The notes: generated by a model not told the origin, from the sequence alone. 64,000 nucleotides of DNA from Salpingoeca rosetta (GCA_033442325.1 JAWQFM010000021.1:273296-337295); one strand, 5' to 3'. Counted from the stretch's first letter, positions 15,701 to 37,421 are shown. Made by a program: numbers and translations.

Positions 15701-16217
15701 CCTCTGCATCGTTTATCGACGGCAACAACCACAACAACCGCAACACCAGCAACAGCTGACAGGATTTGCAGACGCCAGTCACAACACATGCCCTGTCACC
15801 TCAAAAGGCCATGGCGGCTTCTGCTTCACCCTGGGCGGAGGACCAGTATCTTGGTCATCCAAGCAACTCCCTCTTGTCACGGCGTCGACAGCAGAGACAG
15901 AATACGTCAGCATTGCCACAGCTGCGCAAAGAGCAGTGTTTCTAAGACAACTCCTGAAGGAGCTGGGTGAAGACCCCGGCGTCACAACCATTTACACGGA
16001 CAACCAGCCGGCAATTGCCATTGCAAACAACAACAGCAGCAACGTCAGCAGCAAACACATTCATCTGCGATTTCATATCCTGAGGGACTTAGTTGCAGAA
16101 CGCGCCATCAAGCTGCAGTATCAACCTGGTAGCACTCTGCTGGCTGACATGTTCACCAAGGCACTGCCCAGAGTCGCCCTTGACACCTGCAGGAGGCAGG
16201 TGCTGAGCAAGCCTTGA
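12726..16217 (+). CDS. Copia pol, remainder: protease C-terminus, integrase, reverse transcriptase, RNase H
   Basis: NVLLLPELGFNILS (protease end), WHRRLGH...CTDC (HHCC), IHADILGP / QLDYD / NGVAERNWRT (integrase DDE), FDVKAAFLH, SLYGLRQAPRLW and VHVDD (RT), FADAS / AETEY / TDNQPA / LADMFTK (RNase H). No stops or frameshifts. Confidence 0.96.
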   Translation, partial: ERVLTFQNVLLLPELGFNILSAGRLVEAGMTVTLHPEHPSLSDEHMTMELAKNGATYYLRAKPHRPGQPTQRCMAITPLETWHRRLGHRAWQDVKRVLSGNGIQTTTDEPDCTDCLPYKTHRKPVKKKSQPHHLEPGDRIHADILGPYQGCHQGYAYVMLFVDERSRYAEGIAMKKKSDAAATLAQFVATTAIPVQRGTLMQLDYDPVFKSQRFATTATRLGIGLRYSPPYTHQHNGVAERNWRTIKETAAAILGTSAIPPQQRGRFTIAAIQHATTIYNCMPHTGTDHTTPYTALLGKQPPLQMLKVFGCRCVIYDETQTSESPLPPRGLWGFYLGLDQSCNGHRVFVQATGRVRAGINVDFVERAQAEQQQQQTAETKTDGEHIKAAHRTVFGGRVTAQQQQPVAYDDHNSGHVGTEQHAAYDDHNSGHVEAEQHAAHNNHNSAQVGAEQHAAYDDHNSGHVEAEQHAAHNNQNGGHVEAEQQAAYDDHSSEAEQHAAHNNHSSAHVEAEQHAAYDDHNSGHVEAEQHAAYDDHNSGHVGAEQHAAYDDHNSGHVEAEQHAAHNNQNGGHVEAEQQAAYDNHSGEHTGENEPSEDHLMPTVAPEHEITHELQTSAASSTTANTKQPLRRSSRSRKTVVKMCLTANVTDRVTPKTWGEAMESDDRQKWMEAFSEEWTNMTTFDVFDVVEARDMPMKTKVLPSTLVLSVKHQQDGEVRYKVRMVCCGNRQHSSTLGEVFAPTAHADALRTTLAVAVMRGWQLCQFDVKAAFLHAPIDDHNIYVRPPAAANLPGSAVLHLKRSLYGLRQAPRLWHQHLSKELQALGLLAVKSDACVFVSATAIVCVHVDDFIVAADSQGRIHEISTKLGRHLKVKNLGEPTSYLGMDLHRTTNGLRISQERYLRGLLQEHGLQDCKHKATPLPPKGRLHTATAPDTDVGEYQRLVGSLMYLAVMTRPDIRYATSVLAKQMAAPTKQHLHAARHVLKYLKGQPDLCIVYRRQQPQQPQHQQQLTGFADASHNTCPVTSKGHGGFCFTLGGGPVSWSSKQLPLVTASTAETEYVSIATAAQRAVFLRQLLKELGEDPGVTTIYTDNQPAIAIANNNSSNVSSKHIHLRFHILRDLVAERAIKLQYQPGSTLLADMFTKALPRVALDTCRRQVLSKP
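13941..14490 (+). repeat. Coding minisatellite, 48-bp unit (AAYDDHNSGHVEAEQH) x ~12, between integrase and RT
   Basis: About 12 units in frame, with recurring variants; one unit is 9 bp shorter. Confidence 0.93.
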
Positions 16218-16474
16218 GGGGGTGTGGGGGTACTGAACACAGCACGACTTCAACACATACCAGAAGTTGGTGCATCGCTTTCTACACAAGTTTTCATTGG
16301 CGCCTGAGATGCAGGACACTGCCGTAACAGCTTTCCTCAACAGCTTTCAACAACAGCCTCCTGACATGGCAGGCAGACGAAACAACCACTTCAAGCCAAG
16401 AGAGACAACTACCCCTACGCAGCAACAAGAGTCTGCTTTCCGTGTCTGCGAAAAGGGCGACAGCGTTGGGTGCG

Positions 16475-16489
16475 GAGGTTGAGGGGGTG
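16475..16489 (+). promoter_or_regulatory. Polypurine tract preceding the 3' LTR
   Basis: GAGGTTGAGGGGGTG abuts the TG of the 3' LTR. Confidence 0.8.
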
Positions 16490-16657
16490 TGTTGGTGTTG
16501 GTCCGTTCATTCTGGTGATGTGACGTACGTATGACGTCACGACCTACATCCTTTGTTCTCTTGCTTTAGACTTATTGCATGTACATTGCATGTCATCTGG
16601 AGTATTCTCGTACCAATACAACCTCAGCACCAACGCCAAGGGAGTGAGCAGCTAAGA
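16490..16657 (+). repeat. 3' LTR (168 bp)
   Basis: Matches 5436-5603. Followed by TSD GTAAC. Confidence 0.95.
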
Positions 16658-16748
16658 GTAACTGTGGCAAGAGAACAGCAGCACAAAATGGAATCAAACA
16701 CAACACACCTGCCCTTCTCTCACGTGCAAACAGAGCAAAGGCAACCAA

Positions 16749-16834
<86 letters not shown>

Positions 16835-16843
16835 CCCACACTA

Positions 16844-25783
<8,940 letters not shown>

Positions 25784-26513
25784 GTGTGTGTTGTATGGGC
25801 GCTTGCTGTGTTGTTTTGTTTGCTTGCAAGCAAATGCCGCAATCCGGTGGCGACTGCTGTGCGCAGTTGCAGCCTCGCAGTGGACTTTCACGTGAGCGGG
25901 TAGAACAGAGGATAGTGGACGGGTGAGCGCAAGACCAGTGCCTGCAGGCACAAGCAGTCTCTTGCTGTTGTTGTTGTTGCTGTGTAGTGTGCTGTGGATT
26001 GGTTGTGTGATGGCTAGTTTGTTGTTGTGTGATGGCTAGTTTGCTGTTGTGGGAGGGAATCGACAAACACACAGATCAACAGATGCAGACACACACGCGC
26101 GCACACACAAGCTCAGGCAGGTGTGGCACGTGTGTTTGTTGTTGTCGCTGCTGTTTTGGTGTTGGTGGGTGCTGGCGGTGGCGTTAGTTGCTTGCTTCAC
26201 TTCTTCGTGCCGCGTGGGATGGGTGGAAACAATGGGTGGTGTGTGTGTGCAGAGAGGTGGGTGGGTGCGCTTGTGGCGTGCCAACGGCCAGTTTTGCTTG
26301 ACGAGGAGGGGACGCTGCCTTGAAGCTCGAACGATCTTGCCCGAACCAGGAATTTTATTCGAAATTTCCCATAAATTTCGTCCAAGCGGTGTTGTGTGGT
26401 TTGGGATGGATGGGATGGTTGGTGATAGGAGGTGGCGGCTGACGTGCACCGGGCGGCGGGGATGGAAATGACCTCTACATGACTGTGAATGCAGCGCACA
26501 CTCCCTCTTCACG

Positions 26514-26555
<42 letters not shown>

Positions 26556-26613
26556 TCATACAGCAAAACCTAGCAGAACACATGTTGTTCCGTTTGCATG
26601 TGACGGATGAATT

Positions 26614-26780
26614 TCAGCGCCAGTGTCGTTTGGGTAGGCTCTTTGTGCCGACAGTGAGCGCAGGGCGAGTGTCGTCCTGGACATATGGATCTGCTTCCTC
26701 TCTTCGCCGCAGCCACTCTGGCTGCTCGCTGCTTGTCTGTGACTCGGCCCCTTCCTTCCAATACTGTCGTTGCAGGGGTG

Positions 26781-26812
<32 letters not shown>

Positions 26813-27624
26813 ACAGCGAGTGAGTGGGTGTGACAGCGAGTGAGTGCGCAAATGTGTGTGTGTGTGTGTTTATGGTGTGGGTTGCTGCCTACCCAGGACA
26901 AAACGGATGCACACATGAGGAACCACAGGCAGTGGCGTACCGGGTCTGCCGTTGGTGGTGCGGCCTCGGATGCCGGAATATCCTCCACAGAGTGCATGGC
27001 ATGCATCTGTTCAAGCGCACGCAACAGCCCACACAAAACACGTTTGTGAGAAGTTATGGGAAATGGAAGAAAAGGCGGCCACAAGAAGGCCAAAGGAACA
27101 CGAGGAAGTGGGGGTAAGCAAGCAGTGGACTCGCACGACGCACTTTCAGATACACACACACGCACACAGTGTGACTCACGATGAGCAGGTGTTGTTGCGA
27201 GAGGCGGGTGGTACAGCGGTCAAGTTCCTGTGCAGCAACCTCGGCTTGGTGCGACTGCACGGCGTGTTGCAGCGTGTGTTGCAGCGTGTGTTGCAGCGTG
27301 TGGTGTTTTGCCGTGAGAGGTGGCATTGAGGAAGGCGGAAAGTACCAAAGCCAAGGAGCAGGGGCTTCGGGTTTGAAGCATGGGTGCCTTGCATGCAAGC
27401 GAAACTACGCGCCAGAGGTGCAACATCAGGCAATAACAACAAAAAAAGACCAGCGCACCTCTGCAATGATTTCCTTTGAGAGGAGGCCAAGCCGGGAGAA
27501 CTGCCAAGCAAGATGGGCCGGGCATTGCTTGTAGGGGCGGCGACAGCACCCATCCTCAGCTAACACGAGTGTGAATGGGCGGGGGACACGGGCGTGGATG
27601 AGAGAGAGAGAGTGTGTGTGTGTG

Positions 27625-27675
<51 letters not shown>

Positions 27676-27719
27676 AGTTGTTGTTGTTGTTGTTGTTGTT
27701 TAAGTTGTTGTTGTTTAAG

Positions 27720-27768
<49 letters not shown>

Positions 27769-28439
27769 GGTTGGTTGCGAATATGAAGCGCAGAGAGCTG
27801 TTTCACAGCGACAATATTGGACATGTGCAAGGGCTGCCTGGCCGGCGACGTACGAGATGCGCTGCGGGGATAGAAACCGCAGCACCGCTCTCCTTTGATC
27901 TGACGCCGAAGAAAAAAAAAACACGCCAGGGCAGCGGAGCGTGAACGATTGAAGGTGAGCTACACACGCATACATGCACAAGCTTGCACGTGCATACGCA
28001 CATGTTGCACACACACACACACCACACACACACCACACACACACCACACACACACACAGAGAGACTCGCATCTGGTCTCACCCTCCACATGGCCTTTGCT
28101 GTTGGCGAGTGCTGGAAACAAAACGCGTCCACCTGCTGGCACACTTCTTGCCGCTAAACCAAATGGTGATGGTGGCGATGATGGTGGTGGTGATGGTGAG
28201 CATGCAGACAAGATGAAGCCATGTGGACAGCAAATGAGCATCTACATCGGAGAGAGAAACGCCAACGCACAGACCATGAACCACACACCCACGTGCCCCT
28301 CCCCCCAATCACGACCACGACCACGACCATGACCAACCTTGCCCATCTTTTTGTTGCAGAACGCCTTGATGGGGCAGAACGGGAGGATGACGGGATGGGT
28401 GCCGAGGAGCGGAAACTTGAGCTCCGTCTGATCAAACAG

Positions 28440-28534
<95 letters not shown>

Positions 28535-28728
28535 TGGGTGCGGGAGGGTGTCGTAAATGGGTGAGAACACTATGGAGCTTAGAGGGGAGACAGGCAGACG
28601 GACAGACACAGACACAACAAACAAACACAGCACAGACAGACGGACAGAGAGACAGACGCGCACATTCTCTCACTCACTCACTCACACACACACTCTCACT
28701 CCCTCTCACACTCACACACACACACACA

Positions 28729-28778
<50 letters not shown>

Positions 28779-29711
28779 GAGGCAGATGACTGACAGCGCG
28801 GAAGCACTGCGGGATGTGCTTGAGGCCGGCGGCCAAGGGCAGTTCGCGGGTGCAGATAAAGCACGTGATGGTGCCCGGCATGTTGGTCCAGTCGCCCAGC
28901 ACGCCCAGCACACCACGACCCTCGCCATCATCATCATCATCATCATCACCACCACCACTGTCATTCTCATCGTCGTCATTGTCAGCGCTACCACCATTAC
29001 CACCGCTATCATCATTACGACCTTTGGCATCACGGCCATCTGCTTCTTCCTTCACAGCGCCTGCAACAGTGCCGCTGTCGTGGCCACTGCCCTCATCCAT
29101 GCGCGCGCGCTTGGCCGCTGGCTCCTCACTGCTTGTTGCACCGTCCTTGCTGGAATCACCTCCCCCCTGCTCGTTGCCTCCTGCTTCACCCGCAGCTTGC
29201 CTGCTTACATACGGCTTGTCCGCGTCACCAACCACGCCCTCCATCTCTGTACCTTGTCTCTCCTCTTCCTCTTCCTTCATCTGTGCATCTTCCTTGACCT
29301 CCTGCTTCACTTCACCGCCACCACTGCCATCCGTGTGATGTGCAGGTCCGTTTTCTCCACCACCACCACCACCACTCGTTGATGACGCGTCACTGCTCTC
29401 GATCACCGGTTGCTCCCCGCTCTCAGCCGCAAACTGCACCACAAACAACACAACGCATCGACACACCGCAACACAACGCAACACAACGCACGCGTGAGCT
29501 GTGAGCACGTGCATACATGTAGATGCAGGCAACTGCACGTGCCATCACACACACACACACACACACACACCTCCCCAGCGTTGAGTCTGTCGACATGGCG
29601 CTGGAAGGCGGTGATTTCGGCGTGAAGAGCAGCAATGGCCCGTTTCCGCCGATCCAGGTCCTAACGCAGCACAACAGCCCAGTGATGCGAGTGTGTGTGT
29701 GTGCGTGCGCG

Positions 29712-29788
<77 letters not shown>

Positions 29789-30102
29789 GCGGTTGATGCG
29801 GGAGATGGGGTGTCAGACGCTCGACAATGTGTGCAAAACGGGATTGGGAAAGTGCAAGTTGAGGTGGTGGGTTGTTGAGGTGTGGTGAATGCACCTGCTG
29901 GAAAGATGTTTTCTCGGCCTCAAGCCTGGAGATGAGCGCTGCAGATGTGCCATTGTGCTGCCAGCAACGGTCAAAGTGCAGGGGGTGAAGCGGTCAGTAC
30001 GAACGCGAGCAACAACACACGCTTGCTATGTTGCGCACATGAATGAGCGCACGCACGCACGCACACACACACACACACACACACACAGGCACGCACAGAC
30101 AT

Positions 30103-30137
<35 letters not shown>

Positions 30138-30398
30138 TACGCATCCATGCTTTAGTTGACTCACGGGTCCCGGAGCGACACGACGCATGAAAGAGCGCAG
30201 CAGTTGATGGCCGACCTGGCAAACGATGGAGGCAGCGGCGGTGAGATTGACAACTTGGGGCAACGTGTTGCACTTCTGACAGGCCGATGCCATGGCATGA
30301 CAGCCACTTTACACACCACACACACACACTATCTCTCCTTCTCCCTCTCTCCCCCTCTCACTATCTGACTCCCTCCTTCCCCCTCGCCCACACACAAA

Positions 30399-30446
<48 letters not shown>

Positions 30447-31045
30447 CACACACACACACACGCAACTCACGATCATTCGGCATTCTCGACTGCAGTATTT
30501 GGATGTGCAGTCTGGGGCAAGCTCGATCGGGCAGTCTGTTCGGGCGCAGTACACCTTACCAGCTTCCTCCTCCACGTCCTTCGGCCTGTGATGATGATGG
30601 TGTCAGCTGCAGTGAGTTGATACGAGGCAGCATAACATTCTTGCACCGACGACTAAACAAATCTGGCACAGCCACGAAGACAAATAGTGAAGCAGCACAC
30701 TCACGGGTGCTTGTACTTGATGGTCAGATCCTTGTGTCGAACTGTGAGGAATCAGTGCGTTGGGAAAGGTGGCGTCACGGTGTGAGTGAGCGAGTGGCGA
30801 TCATCAGATGAGTAGGCATGAGCCTGAGCAGGCATGTGCAGAGCGGGCATGAGCAGAGAGATGGAGAAACATACGCACGTCTGCATTCAAGACAGTAGTA
30901 CAGCTCGATATTGTCCGCCATCTGAACCAACACCATGTCAGTGTTTGTCCGTATGTGTGTATGAATGGAGTCAGCGGTTGGCGAAGCAAAGCAGAGAGGT
31001 GAATTTTGAGTGAGAGAACCACGACAAGAGCATTCACGCACATGT

Positions 31046-31082
<37 letters not shown>

Positions 31083-31263
31083 CACACCTCCTTTGTGATG
31101 CCCATGCAGTGGCCGTGAAACCACTGGTCGCAGTGCTCACAGCAGCTGTTCCAGGTGGAAACAGTCGCAGTGCAAGCAGCAGAAGTGCCAAATATGCGTG
31201 AGCTATCCAAGAAGCACCGGACACGCGGCTTCAACGCACAGCAGCAAACATCAAACATCAAAT

Positions 31264-31350
<87 letters not shown>

Positions 31351-31437
31351 TTTGCAAACGGTGCCACCGTACATCATGAACACTGTTCCTTCTGGCCGCC
31401 TGCAGATGCAGTACAGCTCCTGTTCATCATCGCTCAT
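26614..31437 (-). CDS. PHD-finger protein similar to the COMPASS subunit CFP1/CXXC1/Spp1, multi-exon
   Basis: [15 protein letters not shown] (ATG 31437), [16 protein letters not shown] and IELYYCLEC (PHD), SKYCSREC (~30480-30505), [21 protein letters not shown] (~28795-28865) and [14 protein letters not shown] (~27510-27545) parallel the CFP1 C-terminal Cys/His motifs. The 3' end and several exon limits are approximate. Confidence 0.75.
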
Positions 31438-31574
31438 CGTGCAGCTGGCGTGGTGTTGTTCGGTGGCGCGGAAGCACTTCTCTGTCTCTTCCTTTGCCTG
31501 TGTTTGCCGAAAAGTAACTCCCACATTCGACAATTTTCTTGTTTGCACGACGACCCTCAAGGCAAACGAGAACG
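31438..31574. promoter_or_regulatory. Probable compact bidirectional promoter
   Basis: Only 137 bp between divergent ATGs (31437 minus, 31575 plus). Locally AT-rich and free of microsatellites. Confidence 0.6.
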
Positions 31575-34056
31575 ATGATGATGAAGGTTGTGAGCTTCAG
31601 TGCACTGCTGGTGGCAGTGTTTGCTGGCTGTGCGCTGGCTGCTCCTTTGAGCTTCGACAACTTGAAGAAGACGTCGTACATCGCAGAGGCTGTCATTTCT
31701 CTTCCCTACGCTGCCATCTCCGAGCCCGTCAAGGTGGGTTGTGACTTGTTTGTTGGCTTTGTGTTGTGGTCGTTCTCATTTGTTGAGTCGTTCCCTTCTT
31801 TGTGTTTATGTGTATTGTGTGTATGTTGTCGTCATGGCCACTGCAGCGTGCAGTCGGTGTTGCTCTGTTTGCCTGTTGAGCAACCCATAGCGTGCGCCCG
31901 TTTACTCTTATTGGCGCTTTGGTCGCCCTCACCCACACCTTTGGTGGTGTCTCACGCACGCACGCAGGTGTACTATGATGCTGGCGCTGGCCGGAGCCGC
32001 GTGGAATACTACCACGGCATGGACGTGTACGTGATGCGCGAGGATGTCGGCAAGCACGGCTACCAGTTCCAGATCAACCCCGTCACCGACAACGAGCGCA
32101 CCAACGTCATGACCTGCTTTGGCGTAAGTTTGTTCAACATACGGAAAGGAGAGAGGATGAGTGTGTTTGGTTGTTTTGTGGTTCGTGTGTGCGTGAAAGC
32201 GTGTGTTTGTGTCTGTGTGCTTGTGTGCGCGTGTGCGTGTGCTTGTGTTTGTGTTTTTGATGTGCAAGGCTGTGTTTGTGTGTGTTCACGTGCAGAGTTG
32301 TGTTTGTGCGGGAACTGTGTTCCTGCGTCAACCTGCATGCGCGCTTTCATTAAGCATGCAACTTACACGTCGGCTGCGCACAACACTCGCCTCCATTTTC
32401 TTCGCTCATCATCCGTTCTGCTGCAGATCAACGGCACAAAGGACGACCCCATCACCGTGCAGTCCCTCATCCCGGACCTGTCCAAGTATGAGGTGCGTCA
32501 CAATCGCGTGATTCGAAGACACACTTGTTCTCTTGCTTGCTTGTTCCTCGGAAGGCTTCGCACACTTGTATGCTCACGGATGCGTGCGTTGTGTGTGTGT
32601 ATGTGTGTGTGTGTGTGTGTGTGGCGCTCTGTGTGTGTGTGTGTGTGCATTGTTCTTTGACAACTGTTGCTTGTACGTGAACGAGTGCAGAAGGCGACCA
32701 ACCCCGTCATGTACCGCGGCCTCTTCTGCGACCTCTACACCTACTCCTACCTGGTAACGTCTTTCAATGGAACGCCGACGCGTGTGTGCTTGTGCTTTTG
32801 TTGACACATCTTTGCATGTACATTCAACACGCGCGTGCATCACCTTTCCCTTGAGTTGTTCCTGTCCCACTATCTCTTCCTTCTTCCCTCTTCTGCCCTC
32901 TTAAATGCTGCTCATCACACACACCCTCCACCACCTTCGTGCGTTTGTGTGTATGCGCGTGCGTCAGGTTGGCGCGAAGAGCAACACGTATTCCTTCTAC
33001 GTCAACCGCGCCACGGGTCTTCCCGTCGGCTTTGAGATGCGCGGATACGACGACCTCCTCGTGCGTAATCCATCACAGCAAGCTCCTCTTCGCTTGTTTG
33101 TTTGTGTGTGTGTGTGTGTTTGTGTTGTGTTGTGTGTCTGTGTTTGTTTGTGTGTGTGTGTGTGTTTGTGTTGTGTGTCTGTGTTTGTTTGTTTGCTTGT
33201 TTGTTTTTGCTTGCTTGCTTGCTTGTTTGTTTGTTTGTTTGTTTGCTTGCTTGCTTGCTTGTTTGTTTGTTTGCTTGTTTGTTTGTTTGCTTGTTTGTTT
33301 GTTTGTTTGTTTGTTTGTTTGTTTGTTTGCATGTGTGTGTGTGTTGGGTTGCATTGTGTTGGTGTTGTGTGAATGTAAGAAGTTTTATTTGATGTTTTGC
33401 CACGTGCAGTGGTGATATGCACCCCATCTCTCCATGTTCACCTTCGCCTGTGCCCACTGCTGTTGTCGCTGCCTTGCGCACGCTGGACAGGGCTCCCACT
33501 ACGACGAGTACGACATCTACTTCTACGACTTTATCGTCACCGGTGCGACACCCACAGCTGAGCTTCTTTCCTCTCATGCCACGTCGCACAGCCCCACATC
33601 GACATTCACCCATCACGCGAATGTTCCATGCTCACACGTGCGTGTCTTGTATGTATGTGTGCGTCTTGTATGAATGTGTGCGCGTACACAGTTCCCTCCA
33701 ACATCAGCCTCTACGAGCCGCCAAAAGGCATGTCGTGCGGTGACTTCCCAGGTGCGAACAAACCATTTCGAAACACACACACTCACACACTCACACTCAC
33801 ACATCACGCACACACACATGCACACACACATCACGCACACACACACACACACAGCAGCTTCACTTCCGCTTGCATCTGTGTGTTGTGTTCCCCACATGAA
33901 GCCAGATATGCTGCCTGTCCCCCTTTTCTCACTTGAATTTTTCCGCCTCCCCTGTGTCTTGTGTGCTGTCAGGGCCTGGTGTGGCCGTGCACCATCATCG
34001 CGGCGGTCTCCACATGCACGAGGACTACGAGGCCGCTGAGAAGGTCCGCGACCACG

Positions 34057-34124
<68 letters not shown>

Positions 34125-34125
34125 A

Positions 34126-34170
<45 letters not shown>

Positions 34171-34471
34171 TCACTCACTCACACACGCACTGAGACACGC
34201 ACACACACACACACGTACGACTTTTCTTCTCCACATTACGTAACCCCTCTCCCTCACTCCCTCCCTTCCCTCTGTGTGTATGTGTTGATGTGTTGGCGCA
34301 GGAGGTTGGCGCTGCGTTTGATTCCTTCAAGGCGCAGCACGGCCGCATGTACGAGACCGAGCAGGAGCACGCAAAGCGCCTCAACAACTTCCGCCACAAC
34401 AAGAAGTGCGTGTGTGTATGTATGCTGGTGTGTACGTGTTTGGGCGTGCGTGTGTACGTGTTTGGGCGTGC

Positions 34472-34557
<86 letters not shown>

Positions 34558-35541
34558 GACGTTTCGACAGCAACGGCAATGTTGGTGAGGGGTGTTGCAC
34601 GGCATGCGACCGGCCCAGCATCTCATGAATAAGCATTGCTCGCACCTGTGCTGTACACACACATGTGTATGTGTGTGTGCCTGCCATTGTTTTCATCTCA
34701 GGTTTGTTGATGCCATGAACCGCCGCAACCTGACGTACACACTCGCCCTCAACCACCTCGCCGACCTCCACGTGCGTATACCACCCATGTTCGCCACCAT
34801 ACCCTGTGCCCTCGCATGAACGGCGAGAGTAAACGTACACACACACACACACACATGTCTTGCTGCAACCGCTCATACCTTCACCACATGCGTGTGTATG
34901 TGCAGGACGAGGAGCGTGCACAGATGCGCGGAACTTTCAGCTCCAGGACAGACGTACGACGCATGTGACACATGTGCATGGACACACATTCATATTGTAC
35001 CGTAGCGTGTCTTTGTCGTGCTGTTGCAGCTGTTTGCTTCGGATTGATCCTCCAACACCGTTTTGCTGCTACCACACCCAGCTCACTATTCCACCTCTGC
35101 ACACATGTGTGCGTGTGCGTGTGCGTGTGTGTGTGTGTGCGTGTGTGTGTGCGTGCGTGTGTGTGTGTGTGCGTGCAGTACGCCTATGTTGCCGAGACAC
35201 CGTCCCCTGTTCGCTCTGCTGCGCGCGACTGGCGCACAACAGGTGCACGCGCTGCGTGCGGAGTTGCTTCGATGCACACTGCTGACCATCCCGCCACTGC
35301 TTCGTCGTCGTGCTTGCTGTCTTCCTCATCCTTTCATCTCCCTCCCTGAGCAAATCTATCCTTGCATCCCTCCTCACCCACCGACTCACCTTCACCACCA
35401 CAGGCGCTGTGACGGGCGTGAAGGACCAGGGCATCTGCGGCAGCTGCTGGTCGTTTGGCGCCGCCCAGGCCATCGAGGTCTGTCCATGCAATCATGCTCG
35501 CATATGTGTGTGTGTGCGTGTGCATGTGTGCATGTGCGTGT

Positions 35542-35632
<91 letters not shown>

Positions 35633-35681
35633 TGTGTGTGTCTGTGTGTGTCTGTGTGTGTCTGTGTGTCTGTGTGTCTGT

Positions 35682-35717
<36 letters not shown>

Positions 35718-37421
35718 TGATGAACGTCGTCTGCGATTGCGCGCGTCGTTTGCGAATTGTGTGGCTGCTCTTTCTGTCTCCCACCTTTTCTGCAGCTCCT
35801 CTGCCTTCGCTCTCTCAACACCGATCGTTTTGCCCCGCACACCACCACCATCACCATCATCACCGCCACCACCGACAGGGCCAGTACTTCCTGGCGACGA
35901 ACCGTACCGTACCCATGTCCCAGCAGGCCCTCATGGACTGCTCATGGGGCTTTGGCAACAACGCCTGCGACGGCGGTCGGTGCTGGCTCTGTTTGTGTGT
36001 GTGTGTTAGTGTGTCTGTCTGTCTGTCTGTCTGTGGTGTGCTATGCAGTTGATTCGGTGGTGTGACACAGTCGGCGCCTCTCACTTCTCACACGCCACGC
36101 AATCTCATCTCCTGTTTCCCTCTCCCCCCCTCCCTCGAACCGACTGCCGCATTGCAGGCGAAGCTTTCCGTGCGTACGAGTGGGTGCTTCAGAACGGCTA
36201 CATCCCCACAGAGGCGTCGTACGGCCCGTACCTCATGGCTGACGGTTACTGCCACCCGGAGAAGGCGGACAAGGGCCCTGGCATCAAGGGCTACGTCAAC
36301 ATCACCAGCGGCGACATGAACAAGGTCCTCGACATGCTCGACAACGACGGCCCACTCGCCGTCGCCATCGACGCTTCCCTCAAGGTGAGCCCGCGTAGGT
36401 GTGGGAAGCAGGGTGTGCGTGTGCGTGTGCGTGTGCGTGTGTGTGTGCATGTGTGTGCGTGTGCGTGTGCGTGTGCGTGTGTGCGTGTGTCTTTGTGTAT
36501 GTGCGTGTGTGTATGTATGTGTGTATGTATTCGCAAGGAGGGCTTTCACGTGCATTTGTGGTTTACGATGTTCACCCGTCTCGTCTACCTGCCCCCTCCC
36601 GCATTATTCCTCATCCTCCTGGCTGTATTCCATTCACCCCCACCCCATCCCCGCACTTGTGCATCTTCCCTCTTTCCTTCCCCTCCCCCTCAGTCGTTCA
36701 GCTTCTACAGCAGCGGCGTGTACTACGATTCCGACTGCGGCAACACCCCCGATGACCTCGACCACGCCGTCCTCGCCGTCGGCTTTGGAACCTCCGTACG
36801 TCCCATGTTGCACAGACAGGGGAGGGGGGTGTGTATTGTGTGTGTGTGCGTGTTTGTGTGTGTGTGTGTGTATTGTGTGTGTGTGTATTGTGTGTGTGTG
36901 TGTGTATTGTGTGCCCGCGTTTGTATTGTGTGTGTGTGTGTTGTGTGCATGCGAATCCGTTTTTCTTGAAGCAGGTCTTGGCTTCGTTCTCTTCATCACA
37001 CACACACACACACCCTTCAGTGTTGTTCCTTCTTGCCTCCCCTTGACCACCCATTGCGCTCATTCCCAATCACCGCCATCACGTATGCCGTTTCTCGTTG
37101 CTTCGCTGATCATCCTCCCGTTTCTTGTTGCAGGTGGATGGTGAGGACTACTGGATCATCAAGAACAGGTATCGCGCGCGTTTGTTTGTTCTTTGCGTGT
37201 GGCTTTGGTCGCATTCTTGTGGTAGCATTGTTGTGCTGCTGTGAAACTGGTGGCATGTCATTGTTCTATGCCTGGCACACCCACGCACTCACCCATTCAT
37301 ACACACACACCCACACATGTACAGCTGGAGCACCAACTATGGTGACCGCGGCTACGTTCGCATGTCCAGGCGCAACAACAACTGCGGTGTTGCCACAGAC
37401 GCCCACATCCCGCTCCTCTGA
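31575..37421 (+). CDS. Papain-family (C1A) cysteine protease of the 26/29-kDa proteinase / CfaD type, multi-exon
   Basis: Signal peptide [16 protein letters not shown]-terminal extension with [27 protein letters not shown] and [10 protein letters not shown]|GSHYDEY. I29-like prodomain ([12 protein letters not shown]...LALNHLADL). Catalytic [14 protein letters not shown] (~35418-35460), [11 protein letters not shown] (~36758-36790) and YWIIKN|SW. Stop TGA 37419-37421. Confidence 0.92.
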
